From assembly GCA_022821235.1 (NCBI GenBank), contig JAJEEA010000534.1, positions 1 to 61,035 of the forward strand: a stretch of 61,035 bases of DNA, given 5' to 3'. This stretch comes from Vicinamibacteria bacterium. GTDB taxonomy: Bacteria > Acidobacteriota > Vicinamibacteria > Vicinamibacterales > UBA8438. Shown one piece after another: positions 57,846 to 61,035 of this stretch (the first letter of the stretch is position 1; each line of letters starts with the position of its first letter). A program made the position numbers and the translations under genes. The notes under the pieces are model-generated. The model made no database searches and was not told where the DNA came from. It saw only the letters and a list, made by a program, of their open reading frames with translations.

Positions 57846-57925
57846 GCCGCGCGGTGCGCGGCAACGACGAGGAGCCCGGCCGGCAGGGGGCCGCCACGAA
57901 CCTCCCCCAGGTAAAGGAGAACGCG

Positions 57926-58537
57926 ATGAACGAGGTGACACTCGACCCGCAGCAGGTGCCGGCGCGCGCCGAGCTGCTGCTGGCCGCCGGCTTCGGGCAG
58001 GAGGCCCGGGGCCGCCCGATCTACGGCCGGCTCGAGAGCGAGGACGGCGGCGACGGCGAGCCCGGGCCGTGGCTGAAGCTCGGCGCCGTCCTGACGCGGC
58101 GGCTCGCGGCGAGCGAAGGCACCGCCAGGCCCTCGGCCAGCGCGTACGGCAACCCGCTCCGCGGCACGCGGGACGCCGCCCCGGCCGTCCCCGTCGGCGC
58201 GGCCGTGATCGCGAGAACCGACGTCCCCGACGCCCAGGGATGGCGCGTCTACCGGGCGGCGCCGAACGGGGCCGTCATCTACGACGGGTGGATCGAGCAC
58301 GACCCGGCCAACGCGGAGCTGACGCTCAGCGAGCTGCGGGCGGCCGCGGCGGAGAGCCCCGCGGCGGCGCTGCGGCGCGCCGTCGAGAGGCAGCCCGGCC
58401 ACGCGAGCGGGGAGGCGATCACGCGGTGGCTCGCCGCCCAGGAGACCGAACGCCCGAGCACCCCGGCGAAGCCCCGGTCGCGGGCGGCACGGCGGCGGTG
58501 GCGGCGCGCCCTCGCGCGGAAAGGCGGCCGCGCATGA
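57926..58537 (+). CDS. Hypothetical protein upstream of, and coupled to, radC
   Basis: The ATG at 57926 lies 6 nt after AAGGAG. The sequence reads MNEVTLDPQQVPARAELLLAAGFGQEARGRPIYGRLE... Its stop overlaps the radC start (ATGA at 58534-58537). Confidence 0.55.
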   Translation: MNEVTLDPQQVPARAELLLAAGFGQEARGRPIYGRLESEDGGDGEPGPWLKLGAVLTRRLAASEGTARPSASAYGNPLRGTRDAAPAVPVGAAVIARTDVPDAQGWRVYRAAPNGAVIYDGWIEHDPANAELTLSELRAAAAESPAAALRRAVERQPGHASGEAITRWLAAQETERPSTPAKPRSRAARRRWRRALARKGGRA

Positions 58538-59205
58538 CGCTTCTCACCGGAACCAACCGGCGCACCGCGGGCCTCGTCGCCCGGGAACGCCTCGAGCGGC
58601 ACGGCGTGAGCGCGCTCAGCGACGCCGAGCTGCTGACGATCCTCGCCGGCCCCAACGGCGGCCGGACCGCCGACGCGGTGCTCGGCGAGTGCGGGGCGGT
58701 GCAGTCCCTGCCCCACGAGAGCGCCGACGACCTCGCGCGCCTCGACGGCGTGACGCCCAGGACCGCCGCCGTCATCACGGCCGCGGTCGAGCTCGGCCGC
58801 CGGACCCTGACGCGCCCCGCGCCGCGGGGGATGCGCCTCGGCTCGCCGCGCGAGGTCGCCGAGTACCTCCTGCCGGAGCACGGGACGCACCCGGTCGAGA
58901 AGTTCGGCATCGTGAGCCTGAACACCAAGCACCGGCTCCTGCGGACCGCCATCCTGTCGACCGGCGTCATCGACGCCAGCCTCGTCCACCCGGCGCTGGT
59001 CTTCCGCGCGGCGGCCACCCACCGCGCGTCCGCCATCGTCTGCTTCCACAACCATCCCTCCGGCGACCCGACGCCCAGCCGGGACGACGTCGCGCTCACC
59101 GCCCGGCTCGTCGAGGCCGGGACCCTGATGGGGATCGAGGTCGTCGACCACATGGTCCTCGCCGGGACGGACTACTGCAGCTTCAAGGAGTTGGGACGCC
59201 TGTGA
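58534..59205 (+). CDS. radC: RadC-like JAMM-domain protein
   Basis: The N-terminal helix-hairpin-helix-like region reads LSDAELLTILAG...AVLGECG. The C-terminal JAMM motif reads SAIVCFHNHPSGDPTPSRDD. Confidence 0.9.
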   Translation: MTLLTGTNRRTAGLVARERLERHGVSALSDAELLTILAGPNGGRTADAVLGECGAVQSLPHESADDLARLDGVTPRTAAVITAAVELGRRTLTRPAPRGMRLGSPREVAEYLLPEHGTHPVEKFGIVSLNTKHRLLRTAILSTGVIDASLVHPALVFRAAATHRASAIVCFHNHPSGDPTPSRDDVALTARLVEAGTLMGIEVVDHMVLAGTDYCSFKELGRL

Positions 59206-59489
59206 CCGCGGCACGGACACGGCCCTCCGCCGGGCGCATCCCCGGCCCCGGTCCCGCAGCCCGCGACGCACGCCTCCGCGGGGTCGGCTCCGACCGGCCC
59301 GGGAAACCCCGCCGCCGCCCCGAAACACGAGACCCTCAAGGCCCCCGACCGGACGATCGCCGGCGCGACCAGCACCGCGATCCGGGCCGGAACCGGCACG
59401 GCCGGCCGATGACCCGCGCCCGCACCGTCCGCTGAAGCTCCCACCCGCCGCCGGCATCCCCCGCACGACCGAATCCGGGAAAGACCCGC

Positions 59490-60377
59490 GTGGGCACCGC
59501 CCGCAACCCCTACCAGTGCGCCCAGGAGGGCGTCCGGTTCCTCCTGCACGTCTCCGGCGGCCGGACATCGGGCCTCCTCCTGTACCGCGTGCTCGACGCC
59601 CACGGCGGCCGGCTGCCGCCGAACGTCCGCGCCGTCTTCGCCAACACCGGCAAGGAGCACGAGAAGACGCTGCTGTTCGTCCGCGAGATGGAGCGGCGCT
59701 GGCAGGTGCCGATCGCGTGGGTCGAGTACGTCTACCGGAAGGAGGCCCGCGGGGGCATGGCCGACCCGAAGAACACCTTCCGCGTGGTCGGCTACGAGAC
59801 CGCGTCGAGGCGCGGGGAGCCGTTCGAGATGCTCATCCGAGCGCACCAAATGCTCCCCAACGCCCACAAGCGCATGTGCACCGCGGACCTCAAGGTCGAG
59901 ACCGCCGCGCGCTTCGCCCGCGTGAAGCTCGGATGGTGGCGGCCGCGGCCGCACTCGATCCTCGGCATCCGGTACGACGAGCCCGCGCGCTGGGCGAAGG
60001 CGATCTGGGAGCAGTGCCGGACCGTGTACCCGCTCGTCCTGGACCGCGTCACCGAGGACGACGTGAAGCGCTTCTGGGCCGGGCAGCCGTTCGACCTCGG
60101 CATCAGCCGCGACCTCGGCAACTGCGACCTCTGCTTCATGAAGGGGCGGTGGAAGCTGATGCGCCTCATCACCCAGTACCCCGAGCGGGCCGACTGGTGG
60201 ATCGAGCAGGAGCGGTACCGCCGGTCGGTCGCCCGGACCGTCCGCAAGCCCGAGCTGACGCGCTTCCTGCTGCGCTACACCTACGAGGACCTGCGCGCGA
60301 TGCGGATGATCCCCTTCGAAGAGCTCGAGCGGGACCGCGACGCGAACGAGGGCGTGTCCTGCTTCTGCGGAGACTGA
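59490..60377 (+). CDS. PP-loop ATPase of the PAPS-reductase-like family (mobile-element type)
   Basis: The GTG start gives FLLHVSGGRTSG, a variant of the SGGxDS PP-loop. Later motifs are CTADLKV and GNCDLCFMKG. The ORF is 295 aa. Confidence 0.75.
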   Translation: MGTARNPYQCAQEGVRFLLHVSGGRTSGLLLYRVLDAHGGRLPPNVRAVFANTGKEHEKTLLFVREMERRWQVPIAWVEYVYRKEARGGMADPKNTFRVVGYETASRRGEPFEMLIRAHQMLPNAHKRMCTADLKVETAARFARVKLGWWRPRPHSILGIRYDEPARWAKAIWEQCRTVYPLVLDRVTEDDVKRFWAGQPFDLGISRDLGNCDLCFMKGRWKLMRLITQYPERADWWIEQERYRRSVARTVRKPELTRFLLRYTYEDLRAMRMIPFEELERDRDANEGVSCFCGD

Positions 60378-60381
60378 TAGC

Positions 60382-61035
60382 ATGACCGAAAACCGCCGGC
60401 CGCACCCGCCGCGCACGCGCAAGGCGCCGGCCGATCCCCGGCCACCCATGACCTGGTTCCAGCCGTCCCCGCGGCCGCCGTTCCACGCCGCGCGCGGCCG
60501 CCCCCCCGCGGGCCGAAGCCTCGAGATATCGAGCCGCAGCCGCGACCCGCTCGGCCGCGACCTCAGCGCCATGAACCTGCCCGCCGCGGGCGACCCGCGC
60601 CGACGGCCGGTCGAGGCCGTGTACCAGGCCGCGAAGTGCTACGGCGGCGGCGGGCCCGACGCGCCCGGGTGCGACTCCGGGTACGCCGCGAAACGCCGCG
60701 ACCGGGAGCGCCGGCGGGACGGGCCGCTGGCCGCCTTCGAGCACGAGGGGCGCCGCTGGCCGACCGGGACCGGCTCGGCGTTCTACGACTGGCTCTGGAC
60801 CCGGAGCGCGATCGAGCGGTGGGGGATCGGGGTCGTCGACCGCCTGCGGGAGTACGGCGCCTTCAGCGACCAGTTCCACCACGCCGGGGCGCTGGCGTGC
60901 CAGGCGAAGACCGCCGCCGTGGTCGCGGGCATGGGACGGACGATGGCGCAGGCCGCGATCGAGAGCCCCGAGGCCTGGCTGCGCGAGACGCGGGGAGCGG
61001 CCGACCGGCGGCCGCCGGCCCCGCGCGCGGCGGCG
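60382..61035 (+). CDS. Hypothetical conserved-looking protein, C-terminus beyond the window
   Basis: The ATG at 60382 lies 5 nt after the previous stop, so the ORF is absent from the track (no in-window stop). My translation after a P/R-rich N-terminus gives LSAMNLPAAG...VEAVYQAAKCYGGGGPD...AAKRRDRE...AFEHEGRRWPTGTGSAFYDWLWTRSAIE...YGAFSDQFHHAGALACQAKTAAVVAGM. Confidence 0.5.
   Translation, partial: MTENRRPHPPRTRKAPADPRPPMTWFQPSPRPPFHAARGRPPAGRSLEISSRSRDPLGRDLSAMNLPAAGDPRRRPVEAVYQAAKCYGGGGPDAPGCDSGYAAKRRDRERRRDGPLAAFEHEGRRWPTGTGSAFYDWLWTRSAIERWGIGVVDRLREYGAFSDQFHHAGALACQAKTAAVVAGMGRTMAQAAIESPEAWLRETRGAADRRPPAPRAAA

Larger units (their letters stand above)
39433..61035. mobile_element. Integrative island (partial, far end not in window) bounded on the left by the tRNA fragment and integrase
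   Basis: Supporting features are the tRNA 3' fragment, an adjacent tyrosine integrase, remnants of ICE-type genes, defence-type genes, patches of lower GC, and a RadC/PP-loop block. No second copy of the tRNA 3' end was found in the window. Confidence 0.55.

Noticed and set aside
39433-61035. The island considered as a prophage
   Set aside because: No terminase, portal, capsid, tail or lysis genes are recognisable in any frame. The content fits a degraded ICE or defence island instead.

Overview
This window is a 61 kb segment of a high-GC bacterial chromosome (about 70% G+C by eye, not computed). It is probably environmental or metagenome-derived, and I cannot assign a taxon. No rRNA genes, CRISPR arrays or phage structural genes were seen. 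Many long ORFs in the track are R/P/G/A-rich antisense or off-frame shadows of real genes, and I did not call them.

Positions 1-39.4 kb look like ordinary accessory chromosome. The genes are:
- an ammonium transporter
- two divergent, secreted ankyrin-repeat paralogs, one carrying an in-frame TAG
- a sulfatase fused to HEAT repeats
- a Fic protein
- an ABC-2 exporter
- a single-domain voltage-gated cation channel
- an MBOAT acyltransferase
- several secreted hydrolases
- a transglutaminase / circularly-permuted ATP-grasp / alpha-E operon, with a 27-bp in-phase tandem repeat between its genes
- a CoA-transferase
- several toxin-antitoxin (TA) or defence-like cassettes: VapC/Phd, an AbiEii-like pair, a frameshifted ParE pair and a frameshifted ATPase+PIN pair

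From 39.43 kb to the window end the sequence looks like an integrative island. It begins with a 3' tRNA fragment next to a tyrosine integrase. It then carries heavily eroded remnants of an ICE (integrative conjugative element) backbone (ParB-like protein, strawberry-notch-type methylase) and of a DUF499-ATPase/SNF2-helicase module. Two fully intact giant ORFs of visibly lower GC lie among these remnants. One is a 1716-aa nuclease-STAND NTPase (Avs/NLR-like). The other is a 1359-aa HTH-fusion protein that I cannot place in any family. A RadC / PP-loop 'leading-region'-like block follows, preceded by about 1.1 kb of structured non-coding DNA.

The best candidates for something new are:
- the 1359-aa HTH giant, alone or together with the convergent STAND protein
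- the ATPase+PIN two-gene cassette
- the possible repeat-peptide ORF inside the ATP-grasp/transglutaminase operon

All family names come from motif recognition by eye. No database search was run.
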